A stretch of DNA of 64,000 nucleotides from an uncultured Spirochaetota bacterium (GTDB lineage Bacteria > Spirochaetota > Brevinematia > Brevinematales > JAOACQ01), in NCBI GenBank assembly GCA_963783575.1, contig CAWAOD010000011.1:320001-384000 (forward strand), written 5' to 3'. Both the position numbers and the translations under genes were made by a program. The notes under the pieces were generated by a model that worked only from the letters and a program-made list of their open reading frames with translations, ran no database searches and was not told the origin of the DNA. This document shows positions 1 through 9,239 of the stretch, piece by piece. Every line of letters begins with the position of its first letter. The first letter of the stretch is position 1.

Positions 1-391
1 GATTATTATCTGTTCTTCTGGCTATTGCCATTCCAACTCCGATTGACAGGCCATGCCCGAGTGAGCCGCCCGATGTCTCTATTCCCCGAACAATTTCCAT
101 ATCAAGATGGCCGGGCAATATGCCATTATCAATATAAAAACGTTTTAAATAATCTTTCGGGAAAAAGCCCCTGACAGCCAGGGTAGCATATAAAGCGGCA
201 CTGGCATGAGCTTTGCTCAAAATAAATATATCCCTGTCGGTTTTATCGGGATGGGTCGGATCGATGATCATAATTTTATAATAAAGGGTATAAAGTATAT
301 CAACAATCGATAAACATGAACCTATATGTGATGAGCCTGAAATATGCATCATATTAATAATGGATTTCCTTATCTCGTTTCTTATATTCAA
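1..391 (-). CDS. Transketolase N-terminal (ThDP-binding) subunit, runs off the window start
   Basis: Manual minus-strand translation from TTG at 391 (GGAGA upstream): ..GSSHIGSCLSIVDIL..DRDIFILSKAHASAALY..LPGHLD..GIETSGGSLGHGLSIGVGMA, typical transketolase N-subunit motifs. Not in the ORF track. Confidence 0.85.
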   Translation of the reverse strand, partial: MNIRNEIRKSIINMMHISGSSHIGSCLSIVDILYTLYYKIMIIDPTHPDKTDRDIFILSKAHASAALYATLAVRGFFPKDYLKRFYIDNGILPGHLDMEIVRGIETSGGSLGHGLSIGVGMAIARRTDNN

Positions 392-434
392 TCATTTCTC
401 CGGAACTGCTTTTTAATAAGAATATTATAGATTT

Positions 435-1214
435 TTATTGCTTCCATATTTTCCAGGGCGCATTTCCCGTATTCCATAATGCATCCAGATCGATTTTATC
501 CCTAAGCGTATCCATAGGCTTCCAGAAACCCATATGTTTATAAGCGCCCAATTGCTTTTCTTTTGCTATATTTTCAAGAGGATCCTTTTCCCAGACAGTT
601 TCATCGCCATCTTTAATGTAATCAAAGACTTCCGGTTCGAGTACAAAAAACCCGCCATTGATCCATGCGCCATCCCCGCGGGGTTTTTCCTGAAAACTGA
701 TAATTGTATTACTTTCATCTATTTCGATGGCACCGAATTTGCCGCTTGGCTGTACCGAAGTAACCGTCGCTAATCTACCGCTGTTTTCATGATAAGCTAT
801 CAATTCATCAATGTTTATATTCGCTACGCCGTCGCCGTATGTCAGCATAAAACGTTCATTACCGATGTATTTTTGTACTCTTTTGATTCTGCCGCCGGTC
901 ATAGTATTTGGCCCTGTATCAATTAAGGTAATTTTCCAGGGTTCTATGATGGAATTATGATAAACGACCTGATTTGTTTTCAAGTCTATTGTAACATCGG
1001 CAATATGCTGGGAATAATGATGAAAGTATTCTTTAATGATATAACTTTTATAGCCGGTACAAATTATAAAATCATTAAAACCGTAAGCGGAGTAAATTTT
1101 CATAATATGCCAGATTATAGGTTTGCCCCCGATTTCTACCATCGGTTTCGGTTTGATTTCAGTTTCCTCGCTCAAGCGTGTGCCAAGCCCGCCCGCAAGA
1201 ATGACTACTTTCAT
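435..1214 (-). CDS. rfbF: Glucose-1-phosphate cytidylyltransferase
   Basis: ILAGGLGTRLSEET..PKPMVEIG, TMTGGRIKRV, LTYGDG, WINGGFFV, GFWKPMDTLRD, and a C-terminal APWKIW. Confidence 0.95.
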   Translation of the reverse strand: MKVVILAGGLGTRLSEETEIKPKPMVEIGGKPIIWHIMKIYSAYGFNDFIICTGYKSYIIKEYFHHYSQHIADVTIDLKTNQVVYHNSIIEPWKITLIDTGPNTMTGGRIKRVQKYIGNERFMLTYGDGVANINIDELIAYHENSGRLATVTSVQPSGKFGAIEIDESNTIISFQEKPRGDGAWINGGFFVLEPEVFDYIKDGDETVWEKDPLENIAKEKQLGAYKHMGFWKPMDTLRDKIDLDALWNTGNAPWKIWKQ

Positions 1215-1488
1215 TCATATCCTCATATTTATTGATTTTATAAATTTAAGAGGCGATAATTTCAATTATCCCATATTTAACCAAATATTATAGTTCATTA
1301 ATGTTTTTTTTTCAATAATTGTATATCTGAATATTGAAGAACCTCAAAAGATCAACCAATGTTTAATTATTTGCTAAGGAAACTAATATTCTTTAGGATA
1401 TCGATTTTCGTAAAAAATAGACATATCAGGTTTGTTGTTATAAAATATATGGCTGTTTATTATTAAGATTAATTTTTGCGGGTATAAT

Positions 1489-2577
1489 ATGAGAAAGAAA
1501 GCATTAGTTACCGGCATTACCGGGCAGGATGGGGCTTATCTCACTGAGTTTTTGCTGGGAAAAGATTATGAAGTTCATGGTATTAAAAGAAGAAGTTCAT
1601 TATTTAACACTGCCAGAATAGATCATCTATATAAAGATCCTCATGAAAAAGATGTAAAATTTCATTTACATTACGGCGATATGACCGATTCAACCAATTT
1701 AATAAGAATAATCCAGGAAGTCCAGCCTGATGAAATCTATAACTTGGCCGCGCAATCGCATGTAAAAGTTTCATTTGAAACGCCGGAATATACCGCTAAC
1801 GCTGATGGGATAGGGACACTAAGGTTGCTTGAAGCTATAAGAATATTAAAGCTGGAAAATAAAACACGCTTTTATCAAGCATCCACCTCCGAATTATATG
1901 GCAAAGTTCAGGAAACCCCTCAAAACGAAACGACCCCTTTCTACCCGAGAAGTCCTTACGGTGTGGCAAAGTTATATGCCTATTGGATAACAGTTAATTA
2001 CAGGGAAGCATATAATATATTTGCATGCAATGGCATTCTTTTTAATCATGAAAGCCCGGTCAGGGGTGAAACATTTGTAACCCGCAAAATCACAAGGTCG
2101 GTAGCCAGAATTAAGATGGGTCTTCAAAAAAAGTTATTCTTAGGCAATTTAAACTCCAAACGTGACTGGGGACATGCCAAAGACTATGTGGAAGGGATGT
2201 GGCTTATACTTCAGCAGAAAAATCCTGGCGATTATGTTCTGGCGACGGGCGAGACTCATACCGTAAAGGAATTTATTGAGATGGCTTTCAAAGAAGCCGG
2301 AATAGATTTGACCTGGAGCGGTATCGGGGTTGATGAAAAGGGGTTGAATAAAGAAAACAAAGATATATTGGTTGAAATAGATCCGCGGTATTTCAGGCCG
2401 ACGGAAGTTGAGCTGCTTCTCGGCGATTCGTCAAAAGCCAGGCGTGAACTGGGATGGAAACCTAAATATGATTTGAAAACGCTCGTAAAGGAAATGATCA
2501 GAGGGGACCTGATAGAAGCCGAAAAAGAGCTTATTCTTAAAGATAATGGATACCGTATATTGAATCAGCATGAATAA
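1489..2577 (+). CDS. gmd: GDP-mannose 4,6-dehydratase
   Basis: [70 protein letters not shown]. Confidence 0.96.
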   Translation: MRKKALVTGITGQDGAYLTEFLLGKDYEVHGIKRRSSLFNTARIDHLYKDPHEKDVKFHLHYGDMTDSTNLIRIIQEVQPDEIYNLAAQSHVKVSFETPEYTANADGIGTLRLLEAIRILKLENKTRFYQASTSELYGKVQETPQNETTPFYPRSPYGVAKLYAYWITVNYREAYNIFACNGILFNHESPVRGETFVTRKITRSVARIKMGLQKKLFLGNLNSKRDWGHAKDYVEGMWLILQQKNPGDYVLATGETHTVKEFIEMAFKEAGIDLTWSGIGVDEKGLNKENKDILVEIDPRYFRPTEVELLLGDSSKARRELGWKPKYDLKTLVKEMIRGDLIEAEKELILKDNGYRILNQHE

Positions 2578-2605
2578 AATATTTATAAAAAAGTTGAGGT
2601 TTTAG

Positions 2606-3628
2606 ATGATATACCGCTCAAGGGCTCCGTTAAGACTTGGCCTGGCGGGAGGCGGGACAGATGTAAGCCCTTATTCAGAAATATATAACGGTAATGTATT
2701 AAATGCCACTATAAGTTTATTTGCATATGCATCGATCGAACCTCGAAATGACGATAAGATCGTGTTTAACCTGGCCGATAAAAATATTGTAGAAGAATTT
2801 AATACCGATAAGCGACTTGAGCTTGATGGGAAGATGGATCTGTTTAAGGGTATATATAATAGGTTATCAAGGGACTATTTCCAGGAACCACTCTCATTTG
2901 AATTGACTACTTTCGTTGATGCGCCGGCCGGGTCTGGACTGGGGACTTCTTCCACACTGATAGTTTCAATAATCGGGGCTTTTGTCGAATGGTTAAAACT
3001 GCCTCTCGGTGAATATGACATCGCTCACCTTGCTTATGAAATTGAGCGGAGAGATTTGCAAATGATGGGGGGTAAGCAGGATCAATACGCGGCTACGATC
3101 GGCGGGATTAATTTTATGGAGTTTTATAAGGATGATAAAGTAATCGTCAACCCTTTGAGGATCAGGGAAGAGTATATAAATGAAATGGAAATAAATATTT
3201 TATTATATTATACGGGAACAAGCCGGCTTTCATCAAAAATTATCGAGAAACAGGCAAATAATGTGATCCAGAAAAATGAAAAATCCATTGAGGCAATGCA
3301 TAAGCTAAAAGAGCAGGCTGTAATGATGAAGGAGGCCGTACTTAAGGGCAGCCTTTCTCAAATCGGTGAAATACTCGACTTCGGCTGGAAAAATAAAAGG
3401 CAAATGGCCGAGGGCATAACTAACAGCACAATCGATGAAATTTACGATACCGCGATTAAAGCCGGTTCAACCGGCGGCAAAATGACGGGAGCCGGAGGCG
3501 GCGGGTTTATGATGCTTTATTGCCCAAAAAATTCAAGGTATAAGGTAATTGAAGCTTTAAAGAAATTCGGCGGTGAATTCAGACGCTATCAGTTCATACA
3601 AAAGGGGCTGACATCATGGAAAAATTAA
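2606..3628 (+). CDS. hddA: GHMP-family sugar kinase, D-glycero-alpha-D-manno-heptose-7-phosphate kinase-like
   Basis: RAPLRLGLAGGGTDV, DAPAGSGLGTSS, GGKQDQYAA, GGKMTGAGGGGF. Confidence 0.85.
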   Translation: MIYRSRAPLRLGLAGGGTDVSPYSEIYNGNVLNATISLFAYASIEPRNDDKIVFNLADKNIVEEFNTDKRLELDGKMDLFKGIYNRLSRDYFQEPLSFELTTFVDAPAGSGLGTSSTLIVSIIGAFVEWLKLPLGEYDIAHLAYEIERRDLQMMGGKQDQYAATIGGINFMEFYKDDKVIVNPLRIREEYINEMEINILLYYTGTSRLSSKIIEKQANNVIQKNEKSIEAMHKLKEQAVMMKEAVLKGSLSQIGEILDFGWKNKRQMAEGITNSTIDEIYDTAIKAGSTGGKMTGAGGGGFMMLYCPKNSRYKVIEALKKFGGEFRRYQFIQKGLTSWKN

Positions 3629-3660
3629 TGTTGCATAAATATTTAAAATAGCAGGAATCT

Positions 3661-4614
3661 ATGAACAAGTTCTTAATTACCGGCTGTTCCGGTTTTGTTA
3701 GCAGGCATTTTCTTGATTATCTGGAGAGTATGGAAATAAATGCCAGCATAATGGGGATTGATGTAAATCCGATCAATCTGGAAAACAGAAAATATCAATT
3801 TATCAAATGGGAATTTGTCGAGCTGGATTTGCTGGATAAGGATAAAATACAATATTATATTTATCAGTTTCAGCCGGATTATATACTACATCTTGCTTCA
3901 TACAGCAGTGTGGCATTCAGCTGGCAAAACCCGGTAGTAAGTTTTCAAAACAATATCAATATTTACCTTAATTTATTAGAGGCATTGAGATTATCTAAAA
4001 TTAAATGCAGGGTATTATCTGTAGGTTCTTCCGAAGAATATGGAAATATCAATCAATCCAAATTACCGTTAAGGGAAGAATACACCGTCGATCCGGTAAG
4101 TCCCTATGCTGTTGCCAGGGTCTCTCAGGCAATGCTGTCAAAAGTTTATGTGGATGGCTTTGGATTGGATATTGTAATTACACGCTCATTCAATCATATA
4201 GGGCCTGGACAGAAGGATAATTATGTTATAGCCTCTTTAGCTAAGCAGTTAGTTGAAATGAAAAAGAAATTAAGAACGGAATTAATTGTTGGCGATGCAT
4301 CAATAGTTAGAGATTTTGCAGATGTCAGGGATGTTGTTTCGGCTTATTATTTACTTTTGCAGAAAGGTATTAATGGTGAAATTTATAATGTTTGCAGCGG
4401 TGTCGGGTTTTCAATAAAAGATTTAATAAAAAAAATGGCAAAAATTTTACAGATTGATGAAAGATTGAGAGTAAACCCTGATTTAATCCGTCCTAATGAC
4501 AACCGTATGATCATTGGTTCTAATGAAAAAATAAAAAAGGAAACGGGCTGGAATATTCACTATTCAATTGATATAACTTTAAATGATATCATCAATGAAT
4601 GGATGGAAAAATAA
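3661..4614 (+). CDS. Extended SDR, GDP-4-keto-6-deoxy-sugar reductase (Rmd-like)
   Basis: ITGCSGFVS, HLASYSSV, GSSEEYG, RSFNHIGPGQ, RDFADVRDVV; the catalytic motif reads YAVAR instead of YxxxK. Confidence 0.7.
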   Translation: MNKFLITGCSGFVSRHFLDYLESMEINASIMGIDVNPINLENRKYQFIKWEFVELDLLDKDKIQYYIYQFQPDYILHLASYSSVAFSWQNPVVSFQNNINIYLNLLEALRLSKIKCRVLSVGSSEEYGNINQSKLPLREEYTVDPVSPYAVARVSQAMLSKVYVDGFGLDIVITRSFNHIGPGQKDNYVIASLAKQLVEMKKKLRTELIVGDASIVRDFADVRDVVSAYYLLLQKGINGEIYNVCSGVGFSIKDLIKKMAKILQIDERLRVNPDLIRPNDNRMIIGSNEKIKKETGWNIHYSIDITLNDIINEWMEK

Positions 4615-4777
4615 GAATACTAAATATTATTTTATTTATTTTCTAAAATTTCCTATAATGAATGCATTTTTTAATATGAAGATTTCATAAAGCTTACAGA
4701 AAAGTTTTAAAAGGCACTTATTAAATTATTATTAACATACTTTTGTTTAATATAATTTCAGAATTAAGGAGGCATAA

Positions 4778-5608
4778 ATGAGTTATAAGTATATAAGCAT
4801 TAAGAATTTCTACTTATTCTTAAAAGACTTAATCCGTTTCAGAAACTTCGTTTTAGAACTGGCAAGAAAGGATTTTACGAATCGTTATCTTGGTTCATAC
4901 CTTGGAATCATTTGGGGTTTTGTCCAGCCCTGGATTTCGATAATCATAATGTGGTTTGTTTTTCAAGTAGGATTTAAATCGCAACCGGTAGATAACTTTC
5001 CATTTATATTATGGTTAATGTGCGGTATGATACCCTGGTTTTTCTTATCTGAAAGCATTAATGGAGCGACGGGTTCAATTTTAGAATACAGTTATATGGT
5101 AAAAAAAATAGTGTTCCGTATAAGTGTTCTTCCAATAATAAAAATATTATCCTCTTTATATGTTCATCTTGTCTTTATAATCTTTCTTTTCATTATGTTT
5201 TTTATTTATAAATATATCCCCACTATATATAATTTACAGATTTTATATTATATTATTGCTTCGATAGCTTTTGTTTTAGGCCTATCATGGATAACAGCTT
5301 CGTTAATGGTTTTCCTGAAGGATGTCGGTCCTCTGGTAACGATCGTACTGCAATTATTCTTCTGGCTAACGCCGATATTCTGGTCTTTTTCGACCGCCAG
5401 CGGAACAATTAAAAAATTTATTCCTTTTTTAAAACTAAATCCTATTTATTATATTGTGGAGGGATTTCGCGATTCTTTTATCTATCAGAAATGGTTCTGG
5501 GAGCATCCTTTACTTACCGTATATTTTTGGGGATTAACATTGTTATTATGGATATTTGGAACAATTGTTTTTAAACGGTTAAGACCGCATTTTGCGGATG
5601 TATTGTAA
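4778..5608 (+). CDS. wzm: ABC-2 type polysaccharide export permease
   Basis: Multi-TM protein; RYLGSYLGIIW, FWLTPIFW, KLNPIYYIVEGFR, C-terminal FADVL; directly upstream of wzt. Confidence 0.92.
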   Translation: MSYKYISIKNFYLFLKDLIRFRNFVLELARKDFTNRYLGSYLGIIWGFVQPWISIIIMWFVFQVGFKSQPVDNFPFILWLMCGMIPWFFLSESINGATGSILEYSYMVKKIVFRISVLPIIKILSSLYVHLVFIIFLFIMFFIYKYIPTIYNLQILYYIIASIAFVLGLSWITASLMVFLKDVGPLVTIVLQLFFWLTPIFWSFSTASGTIKKFIPFLKLNPIYYIVEGFRDSFIYQKWFWEHPLLTVYFWGLTLLLWIFGTIVFKRLRPHFADVL

Positions 5609-5633
5609 TTTTTATATTAAATGAGGTAAATAA

Positions 5634-6944
5634 ATGAGCGAAGAAGTTGTAATAAAGGTTGAAAACCTATCGAAGATTTATAAATTATACGATAAACCAA
5701 TCGACCGGATGAAAGAGGCGCTGAGTCCCATTCATAAAAAGTACCACAAGGATTTTTATGCTTTGAAAGATGTGAGCTTCGAGGTTAAAAAAGGAGAGAC
5801 TGTCGGTATAATCGGGAAGAATGGTTCAGGAAAATCAACCTTACTTAAGATTCTGACAGGCGTTTTATCGAAGACAAGTGGTAATATAATCACTAATGGA
5901 AGGATATCGGCGATACTGGAACTGGGTACCGGTTTTAACTTTGAATATACTGGATTGGAAAATATCATGTTTAACGGGACCATCCAGGGGTATTCTGAAA
6001 AACAGATGGAAAATAAAGTTGATGAAATCGCTGCTTTCGCGGATATAGGGGATTATATCAATCAGCCGGTCAAGACTTACTCTAGCGGTATGATGGCAAG
6101 ATTAGCCTTTGCAGTATCCGTGAATTTTGAACCGGATATATTAATTATTGATGAGGCCTTGAGTGTTGGCGATATGCGGTTTCAGCAGAAGGCGATCAGA
6201 AAAATGAAAGAAATTATGGAAAAAGCTAAAGCATTGTTGTTTGTAACACATGATATTGCAGCTATTAAGAATTTTTGTTCACGATGTATATGGTTAATGG
6301 ATGGCAGTATACATAAAGATGGTGAACCAAGTGATATTACCGGGCAATATTATACTTATATGACTTATGATATGATTAAAGAAAAGAACAGTTCTGATAT
6401 TATGATTGAAAAAAATAAAAAAAGTGATAATGAAATTGAGTGGGATGATATTTCTAAGTGTGATCAAATTGGAAATAAAAAAGCATTAATTAACAAAGTG
6501 GCATTTTATCTTATTGATAGATATAGTAATAAGTTAATAAAAAAAATAGATTACTTATCTGGAGGGGAATGGGTTTCTGTAATTGCACAAATCGATTTTT
6601 ATGATGATATTTATAATCCCATTATTAATGCAGATATAACTAATGAATTGGGAAATTTAATTTTTGGATTGAATAATTATTTTCTAAATTTGAATAGAGA
6701 TAAAATTAATAAAGGAGAAAAAATAATAATAAGTTTTGATTTTGAAGTCCCAAAATTAAAAATTGGAAATTATTCAATTAGTATTTGTTTAGCAGATGGA
6801 TATTATGGGAATGCCATAGTGAATCATTGCGTTTATGGAGCAATTATCTTTAAAGTTTATACAGAGAAATTTGATTCATCAATGAGGCATTATTATATAT
6901 CATTAGAAGAGAATAAAATGAATATAAAGATTAGGAATGTTTAG
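5634..6944 (+). CDS. wzt: Polysaccharide export ABC ATPase with C-terminal carbohydrate-binding (Wzt_C) domain
   Basis: Walker A GKNGSGKST, signature YSSGM, Walker B ILIIDEAL; C-terminal extension with PKLKIGNYSISI. Confidence 0.92.
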   Translation: MSEEVVIKVENLSKIYKLYDKPIDRMKEALSPIHKKYHKDFYALKDVSFEVKKGETVGIIGKNGSGKSTLLKILTGVLSKTSGNIITNGRISAILELGTGFNFEYTGLENIMFNGTIQGYSEKQMENKVDEIAAFADIGDYINQPVKTYSSGMMARLAFAVSVNFEPDILIIDEALSVGDMRFQQKAIRKMKEIMEKAKALLFVTHDIAAIKNFCSRCIWLMDGSIHKDGEPSDITGQYYTYMTYDMIKEKNSSDIMIEKNKKSDNEIEWDDISKCDQIGNKKALINKVAFYLIDRYSNKLIKKIDYLSGGEWVSVIAQIDFYDDIYNPIINADITNELGNLIFGLNNYFLNLNRDKINKGEKIIISFDFEVPKLKIGNYSISICLADGYYGNAIVNHCVYGAIIFKVYTEKFDSSMRHYYISLEENKMNIKIRNV

Positions 6945-6953
6945 AGGTGTTTT

Positions 6954-7442
6954 ATGAATAATATTTTAGATAATAAATTTAGTGGATCAATTGTGATTGG
7001 TAATAAAGATAATATTAATTTAGGAGATAATGTTAGTTTTGGTGGCAATGTTATATTATATGCAAATGAGAAAATAGAAGTTGGGGAGTATACAATGATA
7101 GCAATTAATTCATTAATACATACATCAACACATGATTATAAAGATCATCCTATGAGATTAAAGAGAATAGATAGGCCAGTAAAAATTGGGAAACATGTAT
7201 GGGTAGGTGCTAATAGTGTTATTTTGCCTGGTGTAATAATTGGTGATTATTCAGTTATTGGTGCCGGAAGTGTTGTTACTGCAAATGTACCGATTGGAGC
7301 TATTGTTGCCGGAAATCCGGCAAGAATTATCAAATATAGAAATAAGAATTGGTACAATAAAGAAATGTGCATTGAAAATAATGTCAAAGTTAACCTAGGA
7401 TATATTAATAAAAAGATGAAAAAGAAATTCATAATTTTTTAA
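6954..7442 (+). CDS. Hexapeptide-repeat O-acyltransferase (maltose/galactoside acetyltransferase-like)
   Basis: PVKIGKHVWVGANSVILPGVIIGDYSVIGAGSVVT..AGNPARII. Confidence 0.85.
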   Translation: MNNILDNKFSGSIVIGNKDNINLGDNVSFGGNVILYANEKIEVGEYTMIAINSLIHTSTHDYKDHPMRLKRIDRPVKIGKHVWVGANSVILPGVIIGDYSVIGAGSVVTANVPIGAIVAGNPARIIKYRNKNWYNKEMCIENNVKVNLGYINKKMKKKFIIF

Positions 7443-7458
7443 AGATAATTACTTAATT

Positions 7459-7600
7459 ATGAGTGAAATAATTTATTGATACATTTAGGTCATAATGCAT
7501 GTGTATGTCTATTATAAATATAGGGATATTATGTTAATTTCAAGAAGAAATAATAAATTGAGTAAAAAAATCCATTGGTTTTTCCAAAAGCTGCAATATA
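7459..7600 (+). pseudogene. Relic of a NodU/CmcH-type carbamoyltransferase N-terminus
   Basis: Broken frames give IHLGHNACVCLL*, then QEE, then VKKSIG/FPKAAI, in the order of the carbamoyltransferase N-terminal motif. Confidence 0.55.
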
Positions 7601-7675
7601 TTCATAAGATAATTCTGATATTAAATTTTTGTTAACAAATGATTATTTGTTAGAAAAGAAATAAATAGAGGTTAT

Positions 7676-8254
7676 ATGTCAATTACATTAGATGTTTTAT
7701 CAAAGTATAAAAATATGTATTTTGTAGAAACTGGGACCTATTTGGGAGATACTGTTAATAATGCTTTGAAAATTGGTTTTAATAATATTTACAGTATTGA
7801 ACTTTCAGAAGATCTTTATGTGCAAAATATTGAAAAATATCAAAACAATAAAAATGTGAGTTTATTTTGTGGTGATTCTTCAAAAATTTTATTTGATGTA
7901 ATAAAAAATATTAATTCAAAGATTACTTTTTGGTTAGATGCACATTATAGTGGAGGTAATACAGTTAAAGGTAAGAAAAATTGTCCAATAATTAACGAAT
8001 TGAATTTAATAAAAAAACATAAACTTAAAAATCATATCATTTTGATTGATGATATTAGATTGTTTGGTAAAAACTATTTGTTACATGAAGACTTAGTAAG
8101 TTTATCTGAAGAAAAGAAAAATACATGTTTGTTTATTGATATTGAAGAAGATTATATTAAAGAAAAAATAATGCAAATAAATAAAAAATATCAATTTAGA
8201 TATGAAAATGGAAATAAAAATAATGATATACTTGTAGCCTATTGTGAGGTATAA
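7676..8254 (+). CDS. Class I SAM-dependent methyltransferase-like protein
   Basis: FVETGTYLGDT, SIELS, GDSSKIL, TFWLDAHYSGG, ILIDDIRLF. Confidence 0.6.
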   Translation: MSITLDVLSKYKNMYFVETGTYLGDTVNNALKIGFNNIYSIELSEDLYVQNIEKYQNNKNVSLFCGDSSKILFDVIKNINSKITFWLDAHYSGGNTVKGKKNCPIINELNLIKKHKLKNHIILIDDIRLFGKNYLLHEDLVSLSEEKKNTCLFIDIEEDYIKEKIMQINKKYQFRYENGNKNNDILVAYCEV

Positions 8255-8966
8255 TTTAAAGATGATTAATAAAAATGTTGGAACATTGAATGAAATAAAA
8301 AGATTTGAATGGGTAATTGATAAATTAAAAAGAATACCTTCAGGTAAAAAGATCTTAGATGCGGGTGCCGGAAAAATGAAATATAAACCTTATTGTTCCC
8401 ATTTAGAATATGTATCTCAAGATTTCGGGAAATATGATGGTATGGGTGATGGTAAAGGACTTCAGACAAATGTTAGAGATAATACTAAAATAGATATAAT
8501 ATCAGATATTATTAAAATTCCAAGAAAAAGTAAATCTTTTGATGCTGTGATGTGTATAGAAGTATTAGAACACTTGCCGGAGCCTTTGTTGGCATTGAAA
8601 GAATTAGCTAGATTAATAATAAAGGGGGGGGATTTAATTTTAACTGCTCCTTTTTGTAGTTTGACGCATTTATCACCATATCATTTCACTACGGGCTTTA
8701 ATAGATATTTTTATGAATATCATATGAAAAAACTAGGATTTGAAATAATAGAAATAACTGAAAACGGTAATTTTTTTGAATTTCTTGCACAGGAAGTTCG
8801 TAGAATTCCATATTGTTTACAAAAATATTGTTCTGAGATAACTACGGATGAAGATAACAATTTAATTGATGAAATATTGATTATGTTACAAAGATTTGCG
8901 GAAAAAGATCATTCTTCTCAAGAATTACTATGTTTTGGCTATCATATATTAGCGAAAAAGATCTAG
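8244..8966 (+). CDS. Class I SAM-dependent methyltransferase (likely start is ATG 8262)
   Basis: ILDAGAG, FDAVMCIEVLEHLPEP, LILTAPF; contains an in-frame G8 tract at 8624-8631. Confidence 0.85.
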   Translation: MRYNLKMINKNVGTLNEIKRFEWVIDKLKRIPSGKKILDAGAGKMKYKPYCSHLEYVSQDFGKYDGMGDGKGLQTNVRDNTKIDIISDIIKIPRKSKSFDAVMCIEVLEHLPEPLLALKELARLIIKGGDLILTAPFCSLTHLSPYHFTTGFNRYFYEYHMKKLGFEIIEITENGNFFEFLAQEVRRIPYCLQKYCSEITTDEDNNLIDEILIMLQRFAEKDHSSQELLCFGYHILAKKI

Positions 8967-8982
8967 TTTACAGGAGTTTTTA

Positions 8983-9080
8983 TTGAAAATTATAAGAAAT
9001 TATCCTATGATCTAGGAAACCAAATGTTTCAATATGATATAGGCAGGAATATATCATTTCAAAATAAAGTCAAAATATAA
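8983..9080 (+). pseudogene. Relic 5' fragment of a GT11 alpha-1,2-fucosyltransferase-family gene
   Basis: GGAG upstream, then LGNQMFQYDIGRNISFQNKVKI*, matching GGLGNQMFQYATGLSLSLKNK of the intact gene at 10501. Confidence 0.6.
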
Positions 9081-9239
9081 AATTAATATACAAAATTAAG
9101 AAGATAAATTTTTTGGTAATTATTCATTTATATAAAATGATTAATTTAAAATTACTGAAAATAATCATATAGATTGAATTTTAACAAGAAAAGATAAATG
9201 TTTTTTTTTATAGATTAATTATGAATAATGAGGAAATAA

